From the NCBI GenBank assembly GCA_964016885.1, contig OZ024751.1:35898001-35962000 (forward strand): a stretch of DNA of 64,000 nt, written 5' to 3'. Numbering within the stretch: the first letter of the stretch is position 1; the number at the start of each line of letters is the position of its first letter. The position numbers and the translations under genes were made by a program. Shown in pieces: positions 1 through 16,163 of this stretch. The notes under the pieces were generated by a model. The model was not told the origin of the DNA, made no database searches, and saw nothing but the letters and a program-made list of their open reading frames with translations. The DNA is from Eledone cirrhosa. Its lineage: Eukaryota.

Positions 1-82
<82 letters not shown>

Positions 83-322
83 GTTTGTGTGCATGTATAT
101 ATATATATATATATACGTATATAAATATATAATGTATATATATATATACAGGCGTACATAACATGAAAGTATGAAAGTGCTTTTAGGATCTTCTTTATGT
201 TCCTTCAGTCATAAATATTCATCCAAAAATTTTACTCAAATCCATCAATGTGCATACATTATAATATACATATATATACACACACATATATAAATATACA
301 TCAATATATATGCATACATACA

Positions 323-369
<47 letters not shown>

Positions 370-378
370 GTGTATATA

Positions 379-412
<34 letters not shown>

Positions 413-3158
413 CATATATGTATACATATTACATTACATAGGCAAATGATGAAAGAACTCAACGATCCAAGGAAAACTTTAGCAGTTAAACGAAATGAGG
501 AAATGAGGAAAGGAACAAGCGACAGCCATTTTGTCGATTAAATTTGTTGTTTAAGGTCGTTGTAACCTTAAAATTTTATTTATCATTGCTTATTTTTGTT
601 TTAGTTTGCATTTCTCCATAATTTAACAAGCCTATTTCATTAATGTTCTAAGCAAGTGGATGGTTTTTGTAGCTGCTTGCTATCAAGAGATTTTTATTTT
701 TCACACTGATGAAATCAAACGCGTTATCAGAAAAATGACATCAAACAACACAAACATGTATTTGAACTGTTAGCATATATTTAGGGAACACAAAGTTTTC
801 AAAATCCATACATGTATGTATGGATGTATATATAAACGCATGTGCGAAGGTATGTATGAATACACACCCAAATATATATATATATACATTTATATATGGA
901 TTTTTCTTCTATATATACATGCACGTATACATATACATATATGTATACGCTTACATACATTTTATACAAACATTACTCTTTATTAGCATACACATGCTGA
1001 ACACTTCCGATCATCTACAAACACACGCATTCACATACAGACAGCCATACACGAGCACACACACGCCCTCATATACATACATACATAACTTACATATTTG
1101 TATATATACACCCTGATGCCAAATATTTGCATAAACATTCTAATACATCTCCGTATGTAGATGCATGCTTGCATATGTAAGTATCTGGTTTGGGGAAAAT
1201 GGTTGCCTATCTTCTTATGCTAGCGATAATAGCAGGGATTGATTTATTTAATAGATTATTATGCTGTCTAAGAGTTTAAAAGTTATTGGCCCTTTAATAA
1301 AACATCCTCTCTGGTATTAAATCTGAAAGAGAGAGAAGCTTTATAGAACCAAATAAACAACGACAAGATATAAATTCTCTATATGATCAGTAACTACAGC
1401 TTGTCATTGGCAATGTTCCTTATCTCCATATACCATGTAAAATATATTGTATATATGTGTGTCCCATAATAAAATATCTACTACAAAGCGGCTACCAAGG
1501 AATCACACAAAACTAAACCTGGATAACCCTATACCCCAAATGTAAATAACTATCCCTCAAAATTCTGCCAGCGAAATCTGGGCGAATGTTCAGATCAGAG
1601 CAGCCCAATTGTTTTTATAATCCGCTCCTTTAGCAAGGCTTTACAGGGAGATTAAAAAGGACCCAATGTTTAACATGGTTGGTGTTTTGCAGAACATGTA
1701 TAGTCACTCAACAGGTTTCAACACAGTTTCTGTCTACGAAATATAACTAACTTAGCTTGAGTAGATCCGAGGCAATGGTAATTAACATTTGTCCAAGATG
1801 TAACGTAGCAGGATCGAAACTAGATTCTTACGAATGGGAAGCAAACGTCTTAATTTTACTATGTTGCGTCCATCATAAATTTATAGACACCTCGAACAGC
1901 CCAAGCTTTTTAGTTAATAATTCGGTTAGTTTATCACTGTTCAATACACATTACAGTCTCCCTTGACAAAAATTTGAAAGTAACCATTACCTGTGACCAA
2001 ACCATTATTATTGTATATTGGGCACACATCGATCACTTATTGTTTCTTTCATTTAGCTAGCACATATCCAACATTAAATATTATGTAATGTACATATCTA
2101 AGGTTTTACATTTACTTCTCAAGGTTTTATTCGTAAATCCTTTGCTTATTTTTCTGATCGAATTAAATGCATTTCTTTAGAGTCAGATCATTCAATTACT
2201 GTTTGAAAATTGACAGTCAAACACACAGGGATATAGCAACGTTCGTTTTATTTCGAATCGATAATAAAATTGTTTGTTTCAAATCACATTTTCTTGTCTA
2301 GTGATGTTACATCTCCCAAGAAAATTCTGCCATAGGCTAACATGTATTTATACAACGACAAATCTTAGTGTATGTATGTGTATAGTAACTTTACTATGTA
2401 TGTGTATAGTAACTCTACTCTGTATGTGTATAGTAATAATACTATATATGTGTATATTAACAATACTATGTATGTGTGTAGTAATAATACTATGTATGCG
2501 TGTTAATAATACTATGTATGCAACCACAGTTATTTCACAATGCTGATTCTACTGAGTGCATTACATGATTCATCTAAAACTTTCATGTTATATTTCTCGT
2601 TCATTCTCTTAAACAATTCAATATTTTAGAAAGGTGACTGTGGTGTGGATCTACTATTTGACCTGGACGTTTAGTATTTGTAAATGTCTTTGGCAGATTC
2701 TCCACCATTTCTTCTAAAGAATGACATTTCTTATCCCCCATAGAAAGACCGACTTCATAGATGTGTCAATGTAATTTTTGGTTGGAGAAACAATTCAAAT
2801 TAGAATCACAATTCACGTATATGAGGGACTTGTGAAACATTATCGGCCTAATTCCTAATTCAATTCCATTTTCAACAAACCTTATATACAGTGTGTTGTT
2901 GAAATTTAAAAAAAAAACTCGTTTTTGTCTGCCATCTTTCGTGTATTATCTATTTCCACAAGTTGTTTGGCTACCAAGCAAGTTATCATCAGTCTCCATA
3001 ACCAAATATCTAGAGAACAGCCGAGTGGTTAAAGAGGCCTCGAGTCCCGTGATCAATCCCAATGCATGACATCTTCAGCAAATCATTTTGTCCCAGTCTC
3101 GTTTTTGCGATGCGTAGAGCGGGAAGACCACAACTCAGAGTAGTACTCGATGTATGGA

Positions 3159-3189
<31 letters not shown>

Positions 3190-3221
3190 TTAAAAAAAAA
3201 TTATTTTTTAAAATTATTAAT

Positions 3222-3401
3222 TATTTCTACTTTAGGCACAAGGCCAGCAATTACCCAGTGCATTACTGGTACTTTATTTTATCGACCCCGTAAGGATGAA
3301 AGGAAAAGTCAACCTCGGCGGGATTTGAACTCAGATCGTAAAGAGACGCAACTATGCTGGAAAGCATGGCGTCCAACCCTCTACCGATACTGCCAATCCA
3401 C
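3222..3401 (-). mobile_element. tRNA-derived SINE with 22-bp TSD
   Basis: B-box-like gagttcaaatcc and central ctttcatccttacggggtcgataaaataaagtacc; TSD attattttttaaaattattaat at 3200-3221 / 3402-3423. Confidence 0.85.
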
Positions 3402-3542
3402 ATTATTTTTTAAAATTATTAATGCTAAACAGTAAGTCTTGTTACTCTGGAGTTTAGTGTTGAAAGACGTAGTGATTTTTACTATAAGTTTCCGGTATTG
3501 AGTACTGTTTGCTCCCAGCCGTCAACCTCACACACACACACA

Positions 3543-3613
<71 letters not shown>

Positions 3614-3628
3614 ACACACACACACACA

Positions 3629-3669
<41 letters not shown>

Positions 3670-4271
3670 ATATATAAAAATCTAAAGAGTGACTACTTCA
3701 GATATTGCGATGCCTGTTATTAAAGCTTAGCTTGAAAACTTAGGCAGGCGTAAGGTGGAATCTGAGCCTAGGACTATTTTTAAAAATCTCATGACGTTCA
3801 GCGTATCAAAAGAAAGTAGGATTCAATTTCTTAGTTTCTTTCATGAAAAAAAAATCCATGTTATTTTCGTAACTGTGTGCTTCGCTAACGATTTCACAAA
3901 ACTGGATTCTATCGCATATTTTAAAATATAAATAGAGGAGGATTCAGTGCTAAAAACATAGCTTCTGATATTACTCATTACGCATGCAAAGCATGTGTGT
4001 ATGTGTGTGTGTGTGTGTGTCTTTGTGTGTGTGTGTATGTGTGTGTGTGTATGTGTGCGTATGTATATATGTATGCATATAATTATGTATGCATGTACGC
4101 AGATATCTGTATCCAAATATATGTGTGCATGAATGTATATATATATATATATATAAGCACACATACACCCACACACAGATACACTCACCTAGGCACACAC
4201 ACAAAAAGTAACACACAAAAAGTAACACACAAACATACCCACCTCCACACACATCCACACCTACCCACACC

Positions 4272-4393
<122 letters not shown>

Positions 4394-4772
4394 ACCACAT
4401 TATATATAGCAGTATCGGACTTGTGTGAAAAGAATGTTAAAAAAATGTCTCGGAGATAAGTTGAGTAGGATAATTCAATGGAAACTTTAGGTGGACATAG
4501 AATATAGATTGTAGTGGATACGACATATTGGTCTACACACACATACACACATATATACACACACACACATACACACACACATATATATACACACATACAC
4601 ACACATACACACATATATACACACACATATATACACACACACACATATATATACACACATACACACAAACACACACACATACACACACGCACACACATAC
4701 ACACATATATACATATACATATTTATGCATATATTTATACGTGTATATGTACTTGTGTATACCTATACAGAC

Positions 4773-4836
<64 letters not shown>

Positions 4837-4853
4837 CTATCTATCTATATATC

Positions 4854-4930
<77 letters not shown>

Positions 4931-4933
4931 GTA

Positions 4934-4988
<55 letters not shown>

Positions 4989-5138
4989 ATATATATATAT
5001 ATATACGATAAAAGTATATATATATATAATATAAATATAAATACTTACATTATTATTCAAAGTACAACTCCGACGTATTTGGCTAAGCAGAAATTTTTTA
5101 ACTATAGACATAGGTTTATATAAGTTTGCAAATATATG

Positions 5139-5176
<38 letters not shown>

Positions 5177-5213
5177 ACATATATATATATATTATATTAT
5201 GTATATATATTAT

Positions 5214-5263
<50 letters not shown>

Positions 5264-5265
5264 GA

Positions 5266-5325
<60 letters not shown>

Positions 5326-5561
5326 TATACTAATACAAACACACTCATATATAAGGACATATTCACACACATGCACACATACATATTTATGTATAAGCAC
5401 AACGATACAAACATATACACACTGATATGCAAAAATCTATATATGCATTTACAAATATATATGCATATATGCATGTATATATATATATATACACACTTGC
5501 ATATATGTATGTATATATATATATAGATACTTGCATATATGCATGTATATATATGCATACT

Positions 5562-5592
<31 letters not shown>

Positions 5593-5743
5593 GGGGGGGG
5601 GGGGGGAGGGGGAGTATATGTGTGTGTCTAAATATGTGTGTTGTTTTGTACACATATTTATGGAAGTTAATATACGTACGCAAATACACAAACAGGCAAA
5701 TGCGTTTGCCGTCACGTACAGCAACATGTACACACAGACACAC

Positions 5744-5774
<31 letters not shown>

Positions 5775-5776
5775 AT

Positions 5777-5812
<36 letters not shown>

Positions 5813-5844
5813 CATACACATGTATAAATATATATATATACATA

Positions 5845-5875
<31 letters not shown>

Positions 5876-5929
5876 ACACATGTATAAATATATATATATA
5901 CATACACATATATATATATATATATACAT

Positions 5930-5970
<41 letters not shown>

Positions 5971-6054
5971 CACATGTATAAATATATATATATAAATACA
6001 TACACATATATATATATATATATACATGCACATATATATATATATATATATACA

Positions 6055-6089
<35 letters not shown>

Positions 6090-6112
6090 GCATATATATA
6101 TATATATATACA

Positions 6113-6149
<37 letters not shown>

Positions 6150-6231
6150 GCATATATATATACATGCATATATATATATATATATATATATACATGCATA
6201 TATATATATATATACATACATACATACACAT

Positions 6232-6319
<88 letters not shown>

Positions 6320-6516
6320 ATGTGTATATTTTTCTCTATCGTAATGTCTCCTTCAATATGTTGTTACATATAGAAATAATTCTCTATGATTTGTTCCCAA
6401 GCTATAACGATCCATCTAATTGGCGTGTTGCTACCAGGATCCCGTCTTTCCATATTCTCATGCTGCATAATTGGCATAGTTTCACAATTTCTTTGTTAGC
6501 TGCTGTTTCTTTTTAG

Positions 6517-6566
<50 letters not shown>

Positions 6567-6573
6567 ATATCTA

Positions 6574-6673
<100 letters not shown>

Positions 6674-6904
6674 CGTCATGTCTACCTCAGCCCACGTATA
6701 AACACACACCTACGCATGAGTATGCACAATATGCTTACACACACACACACACGCATATATATGTATACATATATATATGCATGAATATATATATACATAT
6801 ATGTATACATATATATATAAATATATATATGCATGAATATATATATACATATATGTATACATATATATATAAATATATATATGCATGTATATATATATTC
6901 ATAT

Positions 6905-6992
<88 letters not shown>

Positions 6993-7253
6993 AATATATA
7001 TATATATATACATATATATATGTATATATATATGCATGTATATATATTTACATATATATATGCATGTATATATACATATATATATACATATATGTATATA
7101 TATATATATATATGAATGTATATATTTATGTACACACACATATATATATGCATGTATATATATACATATATATATATATATACAATATTATACATATATA
7201 TATATATATATACAATATTAACAAATGGAAACCTATATTTTAAAACCATATTT

Positions 7254-7316
7254 ATTTCATTATACGTATTTCAAGGACACCAAGTTAAATTATGGTGTAC
7301 TTTCATCAGATAAAAT
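7254..7316 (-). ncRNA. Type I hammerhead ribozyme (inverted arm copy)
   Basis: Minus strand: attttat-CTGATGA-aagtacacca..tggtgtcctt-GAAA-TACGTA (palindrome)-TA-atgaaat. Confidence 0.85.
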
Positions 7317-7462
7317 ATAATATAGAGCAGTTTTATAATTAAATATTGACATACCTTAAAGAATGCAACCATTACTGTTGGTTTATCCGGGAGCTTCCAA
7401 CAGTAATGGTTGCATTCTTTAAGGGTATGTCAATATTTATTTATAAAAATGCTCTATATTAC

Positions 7463-7525
7463 ATTTCATCTGATGAAAGCACACCATAATTTAACTTGGT
7501 GTCCTTGAAATATGTATAATGAAAT
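7463..7525 (+). ncRNA. Type I hammerhead ribozyme (minimal)
   Basis: atttcat-CTGATGA-aagcacacca..tggtgtcctt-GAAA-tatgta-TA-atgaaat: stem I, core, stem II and short stem III all present. Confidence 0.85.
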
Positions 7526-7654
7526 AAATATGGTTTTATAAATATAGGTTCCATTTGTTAATATCGTATTTTTACTCCAATTACATGTTGAGTGCTTTAT
7601 ATCAGTTATAAAAAATATTTGCTTGTTGTATCCCAACAATTTAAATAGAACTTC

Positions 7655-7691
<37 letters not shown>

Positions 7692-7718
7692 CGACGGCCT
7701 ATGCCTCCGTTAATTTAT

Positions 7719-7813
<95 letters not shown>

Positions 7814-7944
7814 TGCATGTATATATATATACATATATGCATGTATATATATATATATGCATGTCTATATGTATATAAATATATATATGCATGTATATAT
7901 ATATGTACACACACATATATATATGCATGTATATTTATACATGT

Positions 7945-7985
<41 letters not shown>

Positions 7986-8144
7986 CCTTACAGTATCTTT
8001 TTCAAACGTTAGCCAGGCGCAGATATTCCAACTCTACTCCATAGTTCCATAGTTTGCAAAGTATCTTTGATTATCTCCTGAAATGAATATTAATTTCAAC
8101 ATTATATATCTTATATAATTATACACCTCCCTGTTCCCATATAT

Positions 8145-8221
<77 letters not shown>

Positions 8222-8393
8222 GAATTACAGAATTACGTATACATATGTGTGTGCTTGTGTGGGCAAGCCAGTATGTGTTTGTAAATGTGTACGTGTCTGC
8301 TTGTCTACCTATGTATGTATGTATGTATGTATGTATGTATGTATGTATGTATGTATGTATGTATGTATGTATGTATGTATGTATGTATGTATG

Positions 8394-8424
<31 letters not shown>

Positions 8425-8513
8425 ATATGAATGTGTGTATGTGTGTATGTATGAATGTGTGTATGTATGTATGGATGTATGTATGCATGTATGTATATAT
8501 ATGTATGTATGTA

Positions 8514-8544
<31 letters not shown>

Positions 8545-10284
8545 TTCTATGTATGTTTATATGTATGTATTTCTATGTATTTGTGTATATATCTTTCTAT
8601 CTATATTTATCTGTATCAATATGTACAATAATACGTATATTGATTTCCAGAAGTCGCAGCCACTAAGGTCTTCCTTTGAGTTTTGAATATTATCGTCAAC
8701 GTCATTTGATTGTAAACTGATTCTTTGATCCAATTATATGAAATGTCATGCGATACCCCCACTCTCCCTCTAATCGGGACTACAACATTCTCATAGTATG
8801 AAATTATTTAGAATTCACAATATATTCATCTACTGCAGGAAAATCTCTGTTTTACATAATTTTATATCTGCAAATTCTTAAATTCGATCCTGGAAAACTG
8901 TGTTTCAAACCAATTTGTTTTCCGTATTTAATAAGAGGTCACACCATATCGATGTTATTCCAGTCGTGGTTAAGTGAAGTCCCCCTCTTTCAACCTTTTT
9001 TAAAGTAGTGTAGGAGCATTGCTTAGTGATTAGAGAATTGGATTCGTAATCGTGGGCTTGAGAGGTGCATGCTCGGACCGGGAGATATCGTTATGTCCTT
9101 GAGCAACACAATTTATTTTACGTTGCTCCTTTCTGCTAGTTGCGAGCGGTAGATAGTATAGCAATGGAAAGACAAATAGAAACATTGTTTCCTTTTTTGG
9201 TTCGATTGGACGAGTTTCACTCCATTCGGTAATGCCAATGAGGTCTAGGATATTTTCAATCGATTAAAAAAACAAAACAACACAAAAACAACAACAACTA
9301 GCAAGGTATTCTGTCTTGACCGTGAGATAAATATCGTATAAGACAATGCAGCATTTGATAACACCGTTTTCACACAACTCTACGTTATAGGATAAACATC
9401 CTGTACGTCACGGCAACGTTTGATAAACCCGTCTTTACACAACTCTACGTTATATGATAAATATCTTGTGCGGCACGCATCATATAACATAGAGCTGTGT
9501 AAACCCGTCTTTACACATCTCTATGTTATACGATGCTGAACATAATGTTGTAAGACCTGGTGTTGTTTACTCTGTAGTGTTGTAAGACATTGTGGTGAGA
9601 AACTCTCAGGAGAGCACGACAGTAGAAAAGTCTTCAGAGAAGAAACCCTGCCTCAAGCAAGTATTTAGGCCCTTAACTTCTGATATATAAGACGTAGTAA
9701 TGTTTGCTATAAGACGGAAACACAAACACATCGGTGATATATTCATGTCTTGTGAAACACTCTGATTCTGGAGCGCCATCAGAAATTACATACAATAGGC
9801 TTAAATACTTTCAGACATGTTTCGTGTAAAAGAATAATTTCTGAAATAATGAGGTAAGTGAGAGGTGAATGTCATGCAATTACCGAACAATTGATAATTA
9901 GTATCAATAATACTGTTGATTATTCATAAGAGACCAACTGACTTAGTGGATAAGATTGCCGATACACAATATATTGGAGTTGTATTCTCCCTGGAGGGCT
10001 TTCCATTGTGTCACGAGACACAATTTCAACGGCCTGTCAAGAAAACGATTTCTTAACAATCATGAACAGCTAATTGTTATATATGATAATAATAACTGCA
10101 TCATTTGCTGTTTCATTAACGAAAGCTAGTCTTTAGTATAATTATACAAGCTAACAGGTAGACGTATTGAAGGGCAATATAGTGGACGTAACATTTCACA
10201 ATACCTAAGTAGACATCTGTGTCTACACAAGAAGAACAAGAAGACTCTTGAAAGTAGGGAAACTATGCGAGGAAGCTTATATGT

Positions 10285-11125
10285 ATTTCTAATTTAGGCA
10301 TAAGGCCAGCAAATTTGGAGTAAGGGTAACATTGATTAAATCAACCCTAGTAATTGTGTGTTACTTTATTTTATACACCTTTAGAAGAATGAGAGATAAA
10401 GTTGACCATGGTGGGATTGAAAATGAGAATGTAAAGAACCAGGATATAAAGAATACGGTAATGGCATGTTATTCAATTCTATCAATTCAATTCTGCCAAT
10501 CTTCGACACCAAAGAAGTTAATAATAAAGAAACTTCCTTTTTTTTTTATAAACTAATGTAAATAGTAATATTAGACACTGCACATATATTATGAGAAGTA
10601 CTCTCAATAAAATAGAAACAACAACAACAGCAACAACAGCAACAACAGCAACACCGAAAATAACACACCTCGGTAATGCAGTGAAATAAGATTAATAAGT
10701 ATTTTTAATTTTGGCACACGGCCAGCAATTTGTAAGAAAGGGGAAAGTTGATTAAATCAACCCCAGTGAGTTACTGGTACTTTATTTTAACAACCCCTTA
10801 AGGATGAAAGACAGAGCTAACACCAGCAGGATTTGAACCCAGAACGTAAAGCGCCGTAGCTCTATGCTGCAATACATGATGTCCGACGCTCTACCGATTC
10901 TACCAATCAACTGCTCTAAACTGTTTCTACATTTGGCACAAGGTCAGAAATTTAAAAGGGAGGAGTAAAGTCGATTATACCGGCCCCGGTACTTTACTGG
11001 TACTTTATTTTATCGACCTTAGAAGCATGAAAGTCAAAGCTACTCTCGGTGGGATTTGAACTCCTAAATTTTAACTAAATAGCAACAACATTTGTCTCTA
11101 ACGATCCTGTCAATTCTCTGCCATT
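10285..11125 (-). mobile_element. Cluster of three diverged copies of the same SINE
   Basis: ggcacaaggccagcaa..tactggtactttattttatcgacc..ggatttgaac pattern at ~10285-10500, 10700-10915 and 10922-11125. Confidence 0.75.
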
Positions 11126-11695
11126 TTCCTAACTAATAACATGAGATATGCATTTTAATTTTCGTCCCTCACTGTAGTAGATACATTCCGTCGATCAAAA
11201 TCCTTGCATAAAATTTGTAATGTTTAAAGCACGCTTCTGAAGGTTTAGAAAAATCAACGCTTTTACAGTTGTATTCAATTTTATGATGTAAGCCATCAGG
11301 AAATAATTCTCTGTTGACAACACAAAGATCCATCAATGAATTAGAATATATAATTATATAGTTTAACATCAAGCCTTGTCGGATTTCAATAAAGATATAA
11401 ACATACCGGTGTCCATAACTGAAGAGAAGAAAGGAACTAGATGAGAGGCGTGAGAGGATCAATCCGAATCGACGTTTCGATTATGACTCTCATCACAACA
11501 TGGAAGCAGCAGTTTTATTATAAGATGTTCACATAGTTAAAGTGAATTTAAGGAGAGGAATTATCCTTTATATTTACGCCTACTAGTGTTGAACAGCGTT
11601 TGAAGAAACAATCATGTATAGAATATATAATGTAGTGCAAATACATTTACATAAACAGATGAATGTATGCATATAGATATATAAATGTTTGTATG

Positions 11696-11771
<76 letters not shown>

Positions 11772-11960
11772 CATATTTATACGCAGACACACATAGGTTC
11801 ACACACATATACATATATATCTGCAGTATATAATATATACAAACATATGTGTGTTCATGTCTGTGAAAGCAGAGATATATGGCTTTCATTCCTAATAGAA
11901 ATCTAATCTCTCTAATATTCTGTTTTCATCTCTTGTGAAGGTCCCCTCCCCCTGTGGCGT

Positions 11961-12035
<75 letters not shown>

Positions 12036-12346
12036 TCTCTCTCTCTCCCTCTCTCTCTCCCCCTCTCTCCCTCTCTTGCCCTCTAGTATTATCCCATAGT
12101 TTTATATATATATATATATAGAGAGAGAGTGATAGAGAGAGAAATGTTTATTCGTGCGTGTTTGTGGATATTTAGCCGAGTACACGATGGGATAAAAACA
12201 CACATGGTCAAATATAATACCACGTGCTCGTAGAGACATGTACGTACGTATGTACATGTATGTATGTATGTACATGTATGTACATGTATGTATGTATGTA
12301 TGTATGTATGTATGTATGTATGTATGTATGTATGTATGTATGTATG

Positions 12347-12424
<78 letters not shown>

Positions 12425-13573
12425 CATGTAAGTATGTATATATGTATGCATATATGTATGAATGTATATATCTATGCATATATGTATGAATGTATATATG
12501 TATACATGTACGAGTATATGTATGTATATATATATGTATGTATTTTTGTATGTATAAATGCATACATCTATGTATGCATCTATGTAATTGTGAATCTCCA
12601 CACACACACACACACGCATACAGACAAACAGATATATCTATATATCTCTCTCTATATATATACATATCTATCTATCTATATATACGCAGTTATGTGTGTA
12701 TGTGAATATGTTTCCTTAGAACATAAGAACATATGTGTTACATAATGCATGAATGCATGAATCCAGTTTTCCTTTTATTCTTCTCAATCACTAAACGTTA
12801 TAAATTCGATAGCTTTAGAAGTTCAATACAATCAATGCAGATCTAAGCAGATCAATAGACAAACAAACAATCCTAACTGATCAAAGAAGTCACATTTTCA
12901 TAACTTAACTCTCTGTCTATGTATCAAAGATATGTTGACTAAACACATTAATTTGTCTTAACGTCTTTAGTGAAAATATCTCGCTCTCTTGATCTCTTCG
13001 CAAATCTCTTAGGGTGTGTGTTTATGGTGGTAACAGCCGCCGCACCGCCGCCGCACCGCCGCCGCACCGCCGCCGCACCGCCGCCGCACCGCCGCCACAC
13101 AGCCTCCAATATAGGCATACAGATATGAACGCTTGCACTTACATAGATTCCACATGTATGTATGTATGTATGTATGTATGTATGTATGTATGTATGGATG
13201 TATGTATGTATGGATGGATGTATGGATGTATGTATGGATGTATGTATGTATGGATGGATGTATGGATGTATGTATGTATGTATGTATGTATGTATGTATG
13301 TATGTATGTATGTATGTATGTATGTATGGATGGATGTATGGATGTATGTATGGATGTATGTATGTATGTATGTATGTATGGATGGATGTATGTATGTATG
13401 TATGTATGTATGGATGGATGTATGTATGTATGTATGTATGTATGTATGTATGTATGTATGTATGTATGTATGTATGTATGTATGTATGTATGGATGGATG
13501 TATGTATGTATGGATGGATGTATGTATACCAATTTTGATTAATGGAGATGAAGTTGCTAACATCGCGCTCATG

Positions 13574-13631
<58 letters not shown>

Positions 13632-13648
13632 TAGTTTATATATATATG

Positions 13649-13724
<76 letters not shown>

Positions 13725-13963
13725 GTTTATATATACACAATGAAAGACGTGTTCATAATCATCTTTGATTATACATTTCACGTTGACAAGTGTGAATCGA
13801 GAACAAACACGGTCAAATTAAGGGGAGATAACAGATGCAGACATACAACCATGATGCTATTTCATACACATATCTCTCTCTCTCTCTATATATATATTTC
13901 CCTCTCCCTGTCGCTCTCTCTCCCTGTCGCTCTCTCTATCTGTCAAACTAGATATAATCTTTC

Positions 13964-13994
<31 letters not shown>

Positions 13995-13996
13995 AT

Positions 13997-14155
13997 AACG
14001 AAGGAATTGTGGTAAGGAACCAGATGGACCATAACGCACCAGAGTACTCAATACTTTGCGTAGTAGAGTGGGTAATAGGAAAAAGTATGACCCCGACGGC
14101 AGAGCTCAAGCCGTTTCGACGGATTGAGCTCTGCCGTCGGGGTCATACCTTTTCC
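13997..14155 (-). mobile_element. Fold-back element, family A, copy 1
   Basis: GC-rich hairpin ggaaaaagtatgaccccgacggc...gccgtcggggtcataccttttcc plus ~80-nt tail, homologous to 32851, 40758 and 58915; in (TA)n. Confidence 0.85.
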
Positions 14156-14429
14156 TATATATATATATATATATATATATTTAGACATACATACATAGAT
14201 ATGTGTATTAGCAATGGGTATCCTCAACGACTTGCGTTCGAATCCAACGACGTCTACTCTGCGGTCGATAAAGTAAGTACAGGTATTCGTTGCAATTTCG
14301 GTGATGATGTATTGTGTTAAATACGAAGTTCCATTCCTGTTCCTTCTTAATGTATTAATACTTCCATTTCCCATGGACTGGCACAGGTGACCGTGTGAAG
14401 TACTATTAATCTTAACCAGAAATTTAATA

Positions 14430-14485
<56 letters not shown>

Positions 14486-14597
14486 CATACAACATTATAA
14501 TTTATACAAACACACATATATACATATATGAACACACACACACACACATATTTATATAAATATATATATATATAAATGAAATAACAGGAGGCTGTTA

Positions 14598-14634
<37 letters not shown>

Positions 14635-15112
14635 GCCAGGTTGATAGATTGTTACATACTGTAGGTGCCAAATTGCTGCTAGGCATCAGTAAATGTTGAC
14701 CCGCAGAGCTTACAACACTTTAGGGTTTCAAGAATTAGGTAAGTGCCAAACTTAATTGATATATTCATTGCTGGCATGGTTTAATTCATCCATAGATTAC
14801 ACAGAATACACACACACACACAGACACACAGAGACACACACATGTATGTATGTATGTATGTATGTATGTATGTATGTATGTATGTATGTATGTATGTATG
14901 TATGTATGTATGTATGTTTTCTCTTTCTCTTAATTTCGAGTATATTTTTTTTGTGACCGGCCACCTTCCTGGTGGCAAGGTTTAAAAGAAAAGAAATTGT
15001 CATCCCTTGAATCGCAAGAATGTTTTGCAAATTTTGAAGGTGTGTATGTATGTATGTGTGTATACGTGTGCCTGCTCTTACTCTTGGATAATTCTACCAA
15101 ACTTGTACTAGA

Positions 15113-15161
<49 letters not shown>

Positions 15162-15167
<6 letters not shown>

Positions 15168-15430
15168 ATTAAATAAATGGAAACTATATTTATAAACCAT
15201 ATTTATTTCATTATATATATTTCAGGGATATCATATTAACAATATGCTATGCCTTCCTCAGACAAAATACAATATAAACAGTTTTATAGATAAATAGATT
15301 CGACATACCGTAACAACATCGACTTGCATTTGAAAATATTGTAAATATACTCCAAATATTTGTCGAGTGCTTTTATATCAGTTATAAATATTTACTAGTT
15401 GTAACCCAACAATTTAAATATAACTTTCCA
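15162..15430 (+). mobile_element. Family B diverged copy, right arm deleted
   Basis: Homologous to the 7211 left arm and to the 7569-7658 tail; flanked by (TA)n. Confidence 0.75.
15205..15268 (-). ncRNA. Type I hammerhead ribozyme
   Basis: Minus strand: attttgt-CTGAGGA-aggcatagcatatt..aatatgatatccct-GAAA-tatata-TA-atgaaat. Confidence 0.7.
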
Positions 15431-15476
15431 TATATATATATATATATATATAATTATATATATATAATTATATATA

Positions 15477-15900
15477 TATATTTATTAAAATAACAGATTA
15501 AAGTTTAAGCAAAGAATCGGTGCTTTCACCCTTAACGGGATCTTCTGAAACTAACAAAGTCAATCTGTAAACGCAGAACTGGATATTTCAAAAAACGTTG
15601 CAACCGGAGGAAGACAGGAAGACGATACTTTCTTAGCCAGCGAACGTCACCACGAACCAAAGTATCGTCTTCCTCTCTTCCTCCGGTTGCAACGTTTTTT
15701 GAAATATCCAGTTCTGCGTTTACAGATTGACTTTGTTAGTTTCAGAAGATCCCGTTAAGGGCGAAAGCAGCGATTCTTTGCTTAAACTTTAATCTGTTAT
15801 TTTAATAAATATTTGCTCTACGGTTCTTATATATTTGATATATATTTATCCTTATCAAGCCCTCTTTGGATTTTAGTCTTCTAATTTATTATTATTACTA
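15477..15900 (+). mobile_element. Fold-back element, family C
   Basis: ~155-bp near-perfect inverted arms (15477-15631 / 15659-15813) and ~88-nt tail, in (TA)n; only a degenerate HHR-like core (CAGAAGA-tccc..ggg-GAAA). Confidence 0.8.
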
Positions 15901-15972
<72 letters not shown>

Positions 15973-15976
<4 letters not shown>

Positions 15977-16163
15977 TTTAGAAAAGGCTTCTACAAGACT
16001 AGAACTGATTCGTTCGGGAGAAATCATCAGGAAGCCCTGGGCTTCACCCGAATGAAACAGTTCTAGTTCTGTAGAAGCCTTTTCTATATTAAATATTTAT
16101 ACTCTGCTTTGTATTGAGTACCTTACTTACTGTAGTTACCCCCGATGGAACTCGAGATAAACT

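Larger units (their letters stand above)
7211..7658 (+). mobile_element. Fold-back HHR element, family B (Penelope pLTR-like), in (TA)n
   Basis: ~170-bp inverted arms (7211-7381 / 7397-7568), then a ~90-nt unique tail; (TA)n on both sides; an HHR in each arm. Confidence 0.85.

Noticed and set aside
700-745. CTGATGA...GAAA match
   Set aside because: No stem I, II or III pairing.
3300-3401. tRNA gene
   Set aside because: A/B-box-like head belongs to the multi-copy SINE; no cloverleaf.
15733-15780. Family C HHR-like core
   Set aside because: CAGAAGA core and no pairing stem I or III; not called as a ribozyme.
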